From IMG/VR virus record IMGVR_UViG_3300044641_009805, positions 186,001 through 250,000 of that record: DNA of 64,000 nucleotides; one strand, written 5' to 3'. Below are positions 26,944-36,478 of the stretch, piece after piece. Position 1 is the first letter of the stretch; every line of letters starts with the position of its first letter. A program made the translations under genes and the position numbers. The notes below the pieces were generated by a model. That model was not told the origin of the DNA and ran no database searches. It worked only from the letters and a program-made list of their open reading frames with translations.

Positions 26944-29526
26944 ATGAAAACATACACGTATAATGAAGCATATGAAGCATCGTTGGACTACTTTAAGGGA
27001 GACGAGCTCGCTGCATCAGTCTTTGTTTCAAAGTACGCGCTGCGCGATTCTAAAGGAGGCATTTTAGAAAAGACGCCTACTGACATGCATCTGCGTCTCA
27101 CTCGTGAGTTTGCTCGTATTGAAGCCAAGTATCCAAATCCTCTTTCGGAGAAAGAGATTTTCTGTCTCCTTGCTGACACTGATCATCTAGACGTCACACA
27201 AAAGTCGACAATGACGCTTGAACAATTGGCAGCCGAATCGCGAGGCATTGGGGCAGTCGTTCCGCAAGGTTCTCCAATGTCTGCCATGGGCAATCCATAC
27301 AAGCTTCAATCATTGTCTAACTGCTTCGTTATAGCTTCTCCGCAAGATTCTTATGGCGGAATTCTATTCACGGATCAGGAACAGGCGCAAATCATGAAAC
27401 GTCGTGGTGGCGTTGGTTTCGACGTCTCTACGATTCGTCCCAAAGGCCTTGCCACAGCCAATGCAGCTGGAACGACCGATGGTATCGGCGTCTTTATGGA
27501 GAGGTTCTCCAACACATGCCGTGAGGTTGCTCAAGGTGGTCGTCGTGGAGCACTAATGCTCACAATTTCGGTGATGCATCCTGAGGTTGAGACTTTCATC
27601 AACATCAAACGAGATCTAAAGAAAGTCACAGGAGCAAACATCTCTGTTCGTCTCACTGACGAATTTATGAATGCAGTGAAAGATGATAAGGAATTTACTC
27701 TTCGTTGGCCAGTCGAGGTACCTGTTGAAGAAGCTAAAGTTACCAAGATCGTCAAGGCTCGAGAGCTTTGGAATCAGGTCATCGATGCCGCATGGACTTC
27801 TGCAGAACCAGGTCTTCTATTCTGGGATACAGTCAAGAAGATGACACCAACTGAGGCATATGCTTCAAAAGGATACGCCAACGTTTCTACGAATCCTTGC
27901 GCTGAGCTGATTCTCAGCCCTTACGATTCTTGCCGCCTTCTTCTCATCAACCTCACAAAGTTTGTGAAGGACGCATACCTTCCCACGGCTTCATTCGATT
28001 TTGATAAGTTCAAGAAAGTTTCTGCAAAAGCGCAAAAGTTGATGGATGATCTTGTCGATCTTGAGATTGAGGCCGTCGATGCTATCTTGAAAAAGATTGG
28101 ATCCGACCCTGAGAGTGAAGAGGTCAAACAACATGAGGTCAACCTCTGGCAAAAAATCAAAAAAGCTGCCTCAGGCGCCCGTCGCACAGGACTTGGAATC
28201 ACTGGCATCGGAGATGCTCTGGCTTCGATTGGCGTAACCTATGGTTCTGAAGAGTCAGTTCATAAGACAGAAGAGATTTATAAAACGTTGGCTCTTTCCG
28301 CTTATCGATCTTCAGTCGACATGGCAAAGGACAGAGGATCATTCCCCGTCTATGATTGGTCTTTAGAAAACGAAAGTCCATTTTTAAAGAGAGTTATGGA
28401 AGCTGATAAGGCCTTATTTGCAGATTGGGTGAAATACGGTCGTCGCAACATTGCGTTGACAACGACTGCTCCGGCAGGGTCTGTTTCATGCCTCACGCAA
28501 ACGACAAGCGGTATTGAACCAGCTTACCTTCTTTCCTACACACGCCGTAAGAAGATTAACCCTAATGACACCGCATCACGAGTTGATTTTATCGATCAGC
28601 TTGGTGATAAGTGGCAGGAGTATAAGGTCTACCACCACGGTTTCAAGAAGTGGATGGATGCCACAGGAAAGGTAGATGAGCAAATTGCAGAGTCACCCTA
28701 CTGGAAGGCAACAAGCAATGATGTTGACTGGCCTATGTCCGTCAAGCTTCAGGCTGCTGCTCAAAAGTGGGTCTGCCATGCAATCTCTAAGACCTGTAAC
28801 CTTCCTAATGATGTGACAAGAGAAGTTGTTGCTGACGTTTATATGGCTGCCTGGGAGGCCGGATGCAAGGGTTTCACTGTCTATAGAGATGGATGCCGTA
28901 CAGGCGTTCTAGTTCAGGATACTCCCAAGGAGACAAAGAAGGTTGATGACAGCCAGCCAGAAACCATGATAGAAAATCATGCTCCAAAGCGACCGAAGGA
29001 ATTACCATGCGATATTCATCGAATTAACGTAAAGGGTTCTGAAGGTCAGGAATCATATCTTGTCCTGGTCGGCAGGCTTGAAGGAAAGCCATACGAGATC
29101 TTCTGTGGCCTATCACATCACGTTGAAGTTCCGAAGAAGGCGAAGGTAGGAAATCTTATCAAGAATGGTAAGAAGGATGGAGTTGCAACATACAATCTTC
29201 AGATTCCTGTTGGGGATGACGATAACCTTGTTTTCAAGGACATTGTGGAGTTGTTCTCCAATCCAAATCACGGAGCTTTTACAAGATCCCTCTCGCTTGC
29301 TCTACGCCATGGGGTTCCTGTTCAATACGTTGTTGAACAGCTACAAAAAGACAAATACAGTGATATGCAATCTTTCTCTAGAGTCTTGGCCCGCGTTCTA
29401 AAAGGATACATTCCTGACGGCGCAAAATCAACGTCTGACAAGACGTGTCCTGAGTGTGGATCTAACTCTCTAGTTTACAAAGAAGGATGCGTCACATGTA
29501 ACAGCTGCTCTTGGAGCAAGTGTTGA
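26944..29526 (+). CDS. nrdJ: Adenosylcobalamin-dependent (class II) ribonucleotide reductase
   Basis: LSNCFV, RRGGVG, RRGALM, active site NPCAEL, TTAPAGS, GCKGFTVYRDG, C-terminal TSCPD-like domain and CPECG..C..C zinc ribbon. Confidence 0.95.
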   Translation: MKTYTYNEAYEASLDYFKGDELAASVFVSKYALRDSKGGILEKTPTDMHLRLTREFARIEAKYPNPLSEKEIFCLLADTDHLDVTQKSTMTLEQLAAESRGIGAVVPQGSPMSAMGNPYKLQSLSNCFVIASPQDSYGGILFTDQEQAQIMKRRGGVGFDVSTIRPKGLATANAAGTTDGIGVFMERFSNTCREVAQGGRRGALMLTISVMHPEVETFINIKRDLKKVTGANISVRLTDEFMNAVKDDKEFTLRWPVEVPVEEAKVTKIVKARELWNQVIDAAWTSAEPGLLFWDTVKKMTPTEAYASKGYANVSTNPCAELILSPYDSCRLLLINLTKFVKDAYLPTASFDFDKFKKVSAKAQKLMDDLVDLEIEAVDAILKKIGSDPESEEVKQHEVNLWQKIKKAASGARRTGLGITGIGDALASIGVTYGSEESVHKTEEIYKTLALSAYRSSVDMAKDRGSFPVYDWSLENESPFLKRVMEADKALFADWVKYGRRNIALTTTAPAGSVSCLTQTTSGIEPAYLLSYTRRKKINPNDTASRVDFIDQLGDKWQEYKVYHHGFKKWMDATGKVDEQIAESPYWKATSNDVDWPMSVKLQAAAQKWVCHAISKTCNLPNDVTREVVADVYMAAWEAGCKGFTVYRDGCRTGVLVQDTPKETKKVDDSQPETMIENHAPKRPKELPCDIHRINVKGSEGQESYLVLVGRLEGKPYEIFCGLSHHVEVPKKAKVGNLIKNGKKDGVATYNLQIPVGDDDNLVFKDIVELFSNPNHGAFTRSLSLALRHGVPVQYVVEQLQKDKYSDMQSFSRVLARVLKGYIPDGAKSTSDKTCPECGSNSLVYKEGCVTCNSCSWSKC

Positions 29527-29534
29527 GTAGTAAT

Positions 29535-29798
29535 ATGAAATTAAAAGCCAAAGATCTTCGTAGGATAATAAAAGAAGAATTTTCTAGCACAATTCCTGAC
29601 TTTATGTTACGTCAAATGGCGGAAAAGTGCTCTGAGGATCTTAAACGATTGATGATAAATCACATTAAAGTAAAATCACCAGCTGATCGTACTTATATGA
29701 TTGCTTTAGCTAACAAAGTATCTGAAGACTTGGAAGAAGAAGTAAAAAAGTTACTCGACGAAAAACTATCGGAGTTTTTGAATAGATCTTCTCATTGA
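29535..29798 (+). CDS. Hypothetical protein with N-terminal helix tag
   Basis: MKLKAKDLRRIIKEE start. Confidence 0.7.
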   Translation: MKLKAKDLRRIIKEEFSSTIPDFMLRQMAEKCSEDLKRLMINHIKVKSPADRTYMIALANKVSEDLEEEVKKLLDEKLSEFLNRSSH

Positions 29799-29805
29799 GA
29801 AAAAT

Positions 29806-30465
29806 ATGCCTGCACAAAATAATAAAGTAGAGCTGATCGGGTATTACGGATCTGATGAAACCCATGCGCTTTCAGCGTGGACATCAACATCAAGAGATCT
29901 GACTGAAGAAAAAAAGAATAGAATACCTTCCTTGTTGAAGATGTTAGCTGAGAATGAACACCATTCTGTTTTTGAAAAATCTTCAATTCATTTTCTAGTT
30001 ACCAGCGATGTTGCTTCACACATACACTTAATCAAGCATAGAATCGGCGTATCAATCAATGCTGAATCAGCTAGGTACAAGGAATTGAAAGATGATAAGT
30101 ACTATGTTCCTGTTGATTGGGATAATGAAGAAGCGATTGCATACGTGATGCATATGGATCATTCTTTACAAAAATATCATGAAACTCTTGAGAGACTTGT
30201 GCGAAAAGGTATGTCACGCAAGCGTGCTAAAGAATCTGCAAGATTGTATTTGCCTTATGGTAATCAGATCACTGCTGATGTTATGTTCAATTTTAGAAGC
30301 TTTTATCATTTTTTGAAGCTTCGGTATTCTGAGCATGCTCAATTAGAGATAAGGAATATCGCACAACAGATGTTGGAACTTGTCGTAGCATCCAAAGCAT
30401 TTCCTGCTACTCTTGAAGCTTTTGGGTTAGTCGTTAACGGTGAGATCAGAGAACCTTTTTCTTGA
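29806..30465 (+). CDS. thyX: Flavin-dependent thymidylate synthase
   Basis: HHSVFE, KHRIGVSINAESARY (RHRx7-8S motif variant), ESARLYLP, NFRSFYHFL.LR...HAQLEIR. Confidence 0.92.
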   Translation: MPAQNNKVELIGYYGSDETHALSAWTSTSRDLTEEKKNRIPSLLKMLAENEHHSVFEKSSIHFLVTSDVASHIHLIKHRIGVSINAESARYKELKDDKYYVPVDWDNEEAIAYVMHMDHSLQKYHETLERLVRKGMSRKRAKESARLYLPYGNQITADVMFNFRSFYHFLKLRYSEHAQLEIRNIAQQMLELVVASKAFPATLEAFGLVVNGEIREPFS

Positions 30466-30478
30466 AAGATTAAATCTT

Positions 30479-31060
30479 ATGTCCAAGCTAATAGTAATCG
30501 AGGGTCCTGATAGAGTTGGTAAAGCAACTCAAACAAATTTTCTTTCTAATTTTTTATCATGGAGAGGTTACAAGGTCTTAACGATTGAGGTTCCTATTCG
30601 TTCTAATTTTGTTTATCACATCATCTATTGGATGCTAAGGAATGGGCTAGCAAAAAAGTTTCCAAAATGTTTTCAGTGGTTACAGTATTTTAATAGACAG
30701 ATTTTTCAATGGTTCAGCTTGAGAAAGCTGGAGAAAAATTACGATTATATCATAATGGATAGATGGAGTCTATCCACGGTCGTTTATGGTAAAGCAACAG
30801 GAGTTCCATCTGAGTTCACTGAAAAATTACATGCTAGGTTAAGAAGACCTGAGTTCACCTTTTTATTGTTGGGTCCTGCCCACAAACACTCTGCTGAAGA
30901 CGTGTATGAATCTGATGCTGAGTTGCAAGAGAACGTGAGAAGAATTTACCTAGAATGGTCAAAAGAGCATCCGGCTTCTTGTAAGGTGATTGACTGCACT
31001 CAACCTCGTGAAGTCATTGCAGAAGAGATTAGAACCAAATTGAGCGAATTAAATTTTTAA
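30479..31060 (+). CDS. tmk: Thymidylate (dTMP) kinase
   Basis: P-loop IEGPDRVGKATQ, MDRWSLS..VYG. Confidence 0.85.
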   Translation: MSKLIVIEGPDRVGKATQTNFLSNFLSWRGYKVLTIEVPIRSNFVYHIIYWMLRNGLAKKFPKCFQWLQYFNRQIFQWFSLRKLEKNYDYIIMDRWSLSTVVYGKATGVPSEFTEKLHARLRRPEFTFLLLGPAHKHSAEDVYESDAELQENVRRIYLEWSKEHPASCKVIDCTQPREVIAEEIRTKLSELNF

Positions 31061-31115
31061 TAGTGATTGTACTATCAAAGATAGATGATTTAAATTTCCA
31101 TGAAGGACAAAAAAC

Positions 31116-31367
31116 ATGAGCTATAAAATTTCTGATGCAGTTGCAATGAGAATGATTCAAATCTTTCAAGAGGCTCTTTTGCTGGGAGTTGATGGTGCTG
31201 ACCTGATGAGGCAAGTCCGTCTTGTTGTAGATGAGTCAAATCCTGACACTGTCACTCTAGATCCAAAGTATGAGTTGCAAGTCTCTGAAATGCATAAGAA
31301 GTATTTGGCAGAAGCAGAAAGCCTTAAAGACAAGAAAGATTCTCAAGGTGTGTTAGTCTTTGAATGA
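31116..31367 (+). CDS. Hypothetical protein
   Basis: 83-aa ORF in operon context. Confidence 0.7.
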   Translation: MSYKISDAVAMRMIQIFQEALLLGVDGADLMRQVRLVVDESNPDTVTLDPKYELQVSEMHKKYLAEAESLKDKKDSQGVLVFE

Positions 31368-31368
31368 T

Positions 31369-31449
31369 ATGATGTTTTGGATTTCTATCAATTTAGCTTT
31401 GTTCGTGATTTGTTTCAAGTTTTATATTTCTGGTGAAAGAGACGAATAA
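31369..31449 (+). CDS. Small single-TM peptide (26 aa)
   Basis: MMFWISINLALFVICFKFYISGERDE. Fills the gap exactly, and its stop overlaps the next ATG (TAATG). Confidence 0.45.
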   Translation: MMFWISINLALFVICFKFYISGERDE

Positions 31450-31817
31450 TGTCAGATAAACTTGATGAGATGTGGAAACAGCAAAAGCAATTCATGGATT
31501 TACTCAGAGAAAAAAGAGAATTTCCAAGCTTTCCAGTCGACACTTCGACAAAAGGTGGACAAAAGATATTGAAGTCTATTACTCATGAATGTATGCATGA
31601 GTTGTTTGAAGCAAATCTTCTGTTAAAAAATTCGAAGGATCATCGTGCGACAGATCTACGAGATTTTGATCGCGATAGTTACGTTGAAGAGTTATGTGAT
31701 GCTCTTCACTACTTTTTTGAAATCGCCATACTTAGCGGAGTCTCTATTGAAGAGTTATATCAAGCTTACATGAAAAAGGGAGAGATAAACTTCAATAGAG
31801 TAGAAAAAGGTTACTAA
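31449..31817 (+). CDS. All-alpha NTP pyrophosphatase (MazG / dimeric dUTPase / dCTPase-like)
   Basis: HECMHELFEA, EELCDALHYFFE, YMKK..IN..R. Confidence 0.8.
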   Translation: MSDKLDEMWKQQKQFMDLLREKREFPSFPVDTSTKGGQKILKSITHECMHELFEANLLLKNSKDHRATDLRDFDRDSYVEELCDALHYFFEIAILSGVSIEELYQAYMKKGEINFNRVEKGY

Positions 31818-31913
31818 TTTTTTAGTTTGGTCCTTTTCAGTTTTTTTTTAATGTTTATCAATATCTCAACGACGGCGCCCAACGTATAAGCCGTTTTAAC
31901 AAGGAGAATTGAT

Positions 31914-32267
31914 ATGTTGACTTGGTATTACGATTTACACCGTTCAAACGACATACTAGACGTTTTTAAGACTTTTGAAGATCTTGGGAGACCATTAGAA
32001 AAAAAAGTTCAAGATTCTGTAGATGAAACTAGCATTAAATTAGAAATGCCAGGTGTGAAGCAATCTGAATTAGACATCACCGTCGAAGGAAGACGTTTAA
32101 AAGTAAAAGCTAAATCTAGTAAAACGAACAAAGAATATTCTTATTCATACTCTTTAAATTCTGCTGTAGATGAATCTTCGATAACAGCAAAATTAGAAGA
32201 TGGCTTATTAGAAATAAATCTTCCAAAAAAGCCTGAATCTGTGCCTAGAAAGATTAAAGTCCACTAA
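31914..32267 (+). CDS. hsp20: Small heat shock protein (Hsp20 / alpha-crystallin)
   Basis: EMPGVKQSELDITVEG, ITAKLEDGLLEINLPK. Strong SD AAGGAG. Confidence 0.9.
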   Translation: MLTWYYDLHRSNDILDVFKTFEDLGRPLEKKVQDSVDETSIKLEMPGVKQSELDITVEGRRLKVKAKSSKTNKEYSYSYSLNSAVDESSITAKLEDGLLEINLPKKPESVPRKIKVH

Positions 32268-32286
32268 AATCAGCAAACTTAGAGAG

Positions 32287-32318
32287 AAAAAGGATCGAAC
32301 TGGTTTCGATCCTTTTTT
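32287..32318 (+). terminator. Intrinsic terminator after hsp20
   Basis: AAAAAGGATCGAA-CTGGT-TTCGATCCTTTTTT: perfect stem followed by a T-tract. Confidence 0.85.
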
Positions 32319-32367
32319 ATTTTTGTAAGATTTTGATATATATAACGAAGAGTGGAGCCAGCAGAAA

Positions 32368-32889
32368 ATGAAAATAACTCATAATCAGCTTAGAAGAATC
32401 ATTAAAGAAGAGTATGAAAGAGCAACACCAGTTCAACCTGGACAGATAATGTCAGAAGCTAGAGCCATGTATCTGGCTGAAGAGGTCATGAACGAGGGAT
32501 TTTTTAAGAATGTTTGGGCGGGTCTCACAGGCGCGGGAAAAGAAGCTGGTAAAAAAGCTGGAGCTGCTAAAGATGTGGTAGTTAAAAAAGCCACAGCTGC
32601 AGGACAAGAAATTTCAGCTGCTGCTAAAAGATTTGCGGAACCAATCGCCGCTGCTGGAAGAACTGCAGTAAAAGCAATAGAAGACATTAAAGACGCAGGC
32701 ACTCGTGCTGCCGCTGAAAGTGCAGCAGCTGAATTGAAAGCCGCCTTGGAACCTATGATTAAGAAGCAAGTTGCAGAGCTAATCAAAAATGAAGTCAAGT
32801 CAGGAAAAGACGAAGCAGCTGCTAAAGTAGAAGCAGAAGCAATAGTCATGAATGCTTTAGCAGCTGCTCTGATGGGTATAGGAACTTGA
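32368..32889 (+). CDS. Ala/Lys-rich hypothetical protein with N-terminal helix tag (candidate internal head protein)
   Basis: MKITHNQLRRIIKEE start; Ala-rich helical body. Confidence 0.75.
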   Translation: MKITHNQLRRIIKEEYERATPVQPGQIMSEARAMYLAEEVMNEGFFKNVWAGLTGAGKEAGKKAGAAKDVVVKKATAAGQEISAAAKRFAEPIAAAGRTAVKAIEDIKDAGTRAAAESAAAELKAALEPMIKKQVAELIKNEVKSGKDEAAAKVEAEAIVMNALAAALMGIGT

Positions 32890-32905
32890 GTATTCATTAA
32901 GGACA

Positions 32906-33526
32906 ATGAAATCTCTACAAGAAAAATCTAAAGTAAATCCAGGTTACATAAAAGGGTTATCAGGATCCGAGGCCGCCAAGCGTAAGAAAGAAATTGAGCG
33001 CGGTTCTAAAACGGACTCAGATGATCCTTCTGCATATGATGATGACAGATTTCAGACAGATTTTACTTCTAGTGGAGAAAGAAAAAAGACAAAACCATCG
33101 AAACACACCAAAGCCTTTAAACGTATGTTTGGTGAGATGGTTGACGAGTTTGATGATGTTTTAGAAGAAGACTTTGGGTCTGATGGCTTGCTTGAAGAAG
33201 ACATTGATTTTTTGATCGATCTATCTCTACTTAGAGAGTTCATAGGCGAGATTTTGAATGAGAAGAAAAAAGGATCAAACGTCACGACAGCCTTAAAAAA
33301 TAAGGCTGAAAAGTCAGGCGCTCCTATGGGCGCTCTTCGTGCGATCTATAATAAAGGATTGGCTGCGTGGAGAACTGGCCATCGCCCTGGTGCTTCGCCA
33401 CATCAGTGGGCGATGGCAAGAGTCAACAGCGTTCTTGCAGGAGGTCCAGCAAGAAAAGTTGATGCAGCGCAATGGGAAAAGATAAAAAAACATCGCGGTA
33501 AAAAAAGAAAGAAAAAGAAAGATTGA
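32906..33526 (+). CDS. Basic hypothetical protein with conserved GHRPG...QWAMARVNS domain (DUF5824-like by recollection)
   Basis: LRAIYNKGLAAWRTGHRPGASPHQWAMARVNSVL; poly-Lys C-tail; internal LLREFIGEILNE. Confidence 0.7.
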   Translation: MKSLQEKSKVNPGYIKGLSGSEAAKRKKEIERGSKTDSDDPSAYDDDRFQTDFTSSGERKKTKPSKHTKAFKRMFGEMVDEFDDVLEEDFGSDGLLEEDIDFLIDLSLLREFIGEILNEKKKGSNVTTALKNKAEKSGAPMGALRAIYNKGLAAWRTGHRPGASPHQWAMARVNSVLAGGPARKVDAAQWEKIKKHRGKKRKKKKD

Positions 33527-33552
33527 AATTTCTCAAAGCGGCAATGTATAAT
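33523..33552 (+). promoter_or_regulatory. Sigma70-like promoter TTGAAA-N18-TATAAT
   Basis: Near-consensus boxes. ATG 33560 lies 7 nt after the -10, with no SD, so a leaderless transcript is likely. Confidence 0.65.
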
Positions 33553-33559
33553 CAATTAC

Positions 33560-33985
33560 ATGTCGCCTGAAAAAGATCGTTTGCTTCGACAAAGATATCC
33601 AAAGATTTTTAAAACGTCTGAACACAGCGATGAACCCCTGGACATGTGGGGAATTGAATGTGAAGATGGCTGGTTTGAACTGATTGATACACTTTGTAAC
33701 AGGATTCAATCTCATATCGAATGGCGCTCGAAGAACGCACAAGACGAAGAAGAACTTGAAGATCTCCAAGTAGTAGCACAGCAAGTAAAAGAAAAGTTCG
33801 GCGGACTTCGTTTTTACGTTGCAGGTGGAGACGATATTACAGAAGCTTTTATTTCTTTTGCCGAAACGATGTCCTACAAGATTTGTGAGACGTGTGGTCA
33901 ACCCGGAAGGCAACAAGACGACAGAGGCTGGATACATACTGTCTGTGATCCATGCTTTGAGAAGAGAGCGCGGAGAACAGCATGA
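33560..33985 (+). CDS. Conserved phage hypothetical protein with C-terminal zinc ribbon
   Basis: GWFELIDTL, QVKEKFGGLRFY, CETCG...GWIHTVCDPC. Confidence 0.8.
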   Translation: MSPEKDRLLRQRYPKIFKTSEHSDEPLDMWGIECEDGWFELIDTLCNRIQSHIEWRSKNAQDEEELEDLQVVAQQVKEKFGGLRFYVAGGDDITEAFISFAETMSYKICETCGQPGRQQDDRGWIHTVCDPCFEKRARRTA

Positions 33986-34749
33986 AGAAAGTTGAGTTTA
34001 AAGATGGACTTGCTATTAATGGCGATTCTTCTTCAAGAGATACAATTGAAGAAGTTAAAACGTGGCTAGGCGAAGCAGGAGGTGTACCTCTGATCGCAAC
34101 CGATCCTCCTTATGGTAACATAGTCATGCAGGAATGGGATCGAGTAAAAATGACTGACGACCAATACGCCGACCACATGATCCAATGGACACGATTGTGG
34201 TCGGAGATTCTACTTCAAGGAGGAGCATTCTATGTCTGGGGAGGTATTGGACTTCCTGATTTCCGTCCTTTCATCAAGTATCTCACGAGAGTTGAAGATG
34301 ATAACTTTAAGATGGCCAATCTCATTACCTGGTCAAAGAAGCGGGCATATGGAGTCCAAAACAACTATCTCTTTACGCGTGAAGAACTCGCATACTTCAT
34401 CAAGGGAAATCCAAAGAAACCCCTGAAGTTTAATATTCCCCTCCTCGAAACGAAGCGCGGATACGCTGGATATAATGAAAAGTATCCAGCCAAGAGTGAG
34501 TTCTTTCGTCGAACCAACGTTTGGATGGACATTAACGAGATTTTTAAGGGAAAACTTCACCCAACTCAAAAAGCTGCTCGTGTGGTAGAGATTCCTATAG
34601 AGGTCCATACAGATCCAGGAGATGTCGTCATTGACCCATTCGCGGGTAGTGGTGCTACTGCATTTGCCGCTCGCAAACTTGGTAGAAAATTTATTGTTAT
34701 CGAAAAAGATGAAGAGATCTTCGGTAAGATGATAGAGAGGTTACAATGA
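33982..34749 (+). CDS. Beta-class N6-adenine/N4-cytosine DNA methyltransferase
   Basis: Catalytic DPPY near the N-terminus, HPTQK, SAM-binding DPFAGSG near the C-terminus. Confidence 0.9.
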   Translation: MKKVEFKDGLAINGDSSSRDTIEEVKTWLGEAGGVPLIATDPPYGNIVMQEWDRVKMTDDQYADHMIQWTRLWSEILLQGGAFYVWGGIGLPDFRPFIKYLTRVEDDNFKMANLITWSKKRAYGVQNNYLFTREELAYFIKGNPKKPLKFNIPLLETKRGYAGYNEKYPAKSEFFRRTNVWMDINEIFKGKLHPTQKAARVVEIPIEVHTDPGDVVIDPFAGSGATAFAARKLGRKFIVIEKDEEIFGKMIERLQ

Positions 34750-34994
34750 AAAAACAGTTTAACTCGCAAAAAGAATATTGGGAATCTTTACTTAAAGAAT
34801 ATTCTAAGATCTATTTGAACGCCCAGGACAAGATTGCTAGATATGAGTCTGTAATGTCTAGAAAATCTTCTAAAAATTGGTCTGATGATAAAAAGAAAAA
34901 GTTTCTTAATAGGCTCACGACAGCAAACAAAGAACTTAATGAATCTTTTGACATCATTAATCAACTACAAATGAGATTAAATCAATCAGAATAA
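34746..34994 (+). CDS. Hypothetical protein
   Basis: 82-aa helical ORF, ATGA-coupled. Confidence 0.6.
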   Translation: MKKQFNSQKEYWESLLKEYSKIYLNAQDKIARYESVMSRKSSKNWSDDKKKKFLNRLTTANKELNESFDIINQLQMRLNQSE

Positions 34995-35020
34995 CACCAT
35001 CTTAATAAAAGAATTAAATT

Positions 35021-35854
35021 ATGAGATTGGCATGGGCGACTGATATACATTTAGATTGCGTTGATGATGTTGTTTCAAAGGTGCAAGATCTTGCTGTTCG
35101 AGGTGCTGAATGTGAGTCTTTCATATTGTCTGGTGATATCACCATAGCACCTCACTTGTTACAACACCTTAGAATCATAGAAAGCATCATACAAAAACCT
35201 TTTTATTTCGTACTTGGCAATCACGATTACTATTTTTCAGATATTCTTTCGGTTAGAAAGAGTGTGGCTGATGCATGTCGATCAATGTCATTCGCCAGAT
35301 ACTTGGCCATGACGCCTTACGTTAGATTGACTCCTCACGTCGCTTTAGTCGGTCATGATGGATGGTATGACGCGATGAATGGTAACTTCAGAGACAGTGA
35401 TGTTATCATGAATGATTGGATACGGATTGCAGATTTTTCTCCTGCAATCCTTCCTTCGTTGGGAGGTAAATCGATAAACAAAGATGTGATAATAAAAATT
35501 TCAAGAGCGATATGCAGCGCGTCTGTAAACCATATAGCAAATGGAATAAAGGCTGCCATTCGTGACAAAAATGAACACGTCATCGTTGTCTCGCACGTTC
35601 CTCCCTTTAAAGAATCCTACAATAGTACGAAGTACGGACCAACAAATTCTGCTTCAATTTTGCCGTGGTATACATCTAAAACCTTAGGTGATACGTTGCT
35701 ATCTGCAGCAAGAGCTTATCCACGTGTTAAGTTCACGATTTTATCGGGACACTCTCACAGTCATTATGATGAGTATTTGCTCAACAACTTGAACGTTCGC
35801 GTCGGAAATTCTCAATATGGTTCACCACAAATTGCAGGGATCATCGATATTTAA
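35021..35854 (+). CDS. Calcineurin-like metallophosphoesterase
   Basis: TDIHLD, SGDI, LGNHD, SHVPP, GHSH. Confidence 0.9.
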   Translation: MRLAWATDIHLDCVDDVVSKVQDLAVRGAECESFILSGDITIAPHLLQHLRIIESIIQKPFYFVLGNHDYYFSDILSVRKSVADACRSMSFARYLAMTPYVRLTPHVALVGHDGWYDAMNGNFRDSDVIMNDWIRIADFSPAILPSLGGKSINKDVIIKISRAICSASVNHIANGIKAAIRDKNEHVIVVSHVPPFKESYNSTKYGPTNSASILPWYTSKTLGDTLLSAARAYPRVKFTILSGHSHSHYDEYLLNNLNVRVGNSQYGSPQIAGIIDI

Positions 35855-35873
35855 AGTTAAAGGAGTTTCCTCC

Positions 35874-36404
35874 ATGAAAAGAGCGCTTCTCTTAAACTTT
35901 AATGGAGAACCTTTACAATTCATCGATGGTTCTAGGGCTATTAAGTTGATGTTAAAAGGTAGAGCTGAAGTTGCTTCTGGTATGACAGGAGAGCCTTGCT
36001 TTTGGGATGAGATTGTTAACTCTCCGACTCGAGGAATTCAACTGCCTGCAGTTTTAAGATTAAAGTATTACGTGAATAAGAGGCAGTATATTAAGCCACC
36101 TAGATTTCAAAAGAAAGTTTTATTCAATCGTGATGCTTGGAAATGTCAATACTGCGGCATTGAGCTCAACTATTCTGGCATAACGGTAGATCACATCTAC
36201 CCTGCGTCTCGAGGTGGCGCTACTACGTGGAAAAATTGCGTTGCAGCATGTCGTTACTGTAACAATAATAAAGGGAATAAGACGCCTGAAGAAGCTGGCA
36301 TGAAATTATTGAAAGTTCCCGTTGAACCAAACGCGCTTCATTATTGGGATCTTTCTAAGTCTACTTCATGGCATGATGACTGGTTTTTGTTCGTTGGCGC
36401 ATAA
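35874..36404 (+). CDS. HNH endonuclease (McrA-like)
   Basis: VFNRD..CQYCG, TVDHIYPASRGG.TTWKNCVAACRYCNNNKG. Confidence 0.92.
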   Translation: MKRALLLNFNGEPLQFIDGSRAIKLMLKGRAEVASGMTGEPCFWDEIVNSPTRGIQLPAVLRLKYYVNKRQYIKPPRFQKKVLFNRDAWKCQYCGIELNYSGITVDHIYPASRGGATTWKNCVAACRYCNNNKGNKTPEEAGMKLLKVPVEPNALHYWDLSKSTSWHDDWFLFVGA

Positions 36405-36478
36405 ATCTTTATATTCTATTTTCAACAATGATGTAATATCTTCTGTTGGATAATAGTTATGACAGGAGTTTTGCATTC

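Noticed and set aside
31868-31897. RNA thermometer upstream of hsp20
   Set aside because: Only a 6-bp stem (GACGGC/GCCGTT), and it does not sequester the AAGGAG SD.
33533-33937. 134-aa minus-strand ORF
   Set aside because: It overlaps the + strand gene 33560-33985, which has conserved motifs and a consensus promoter.
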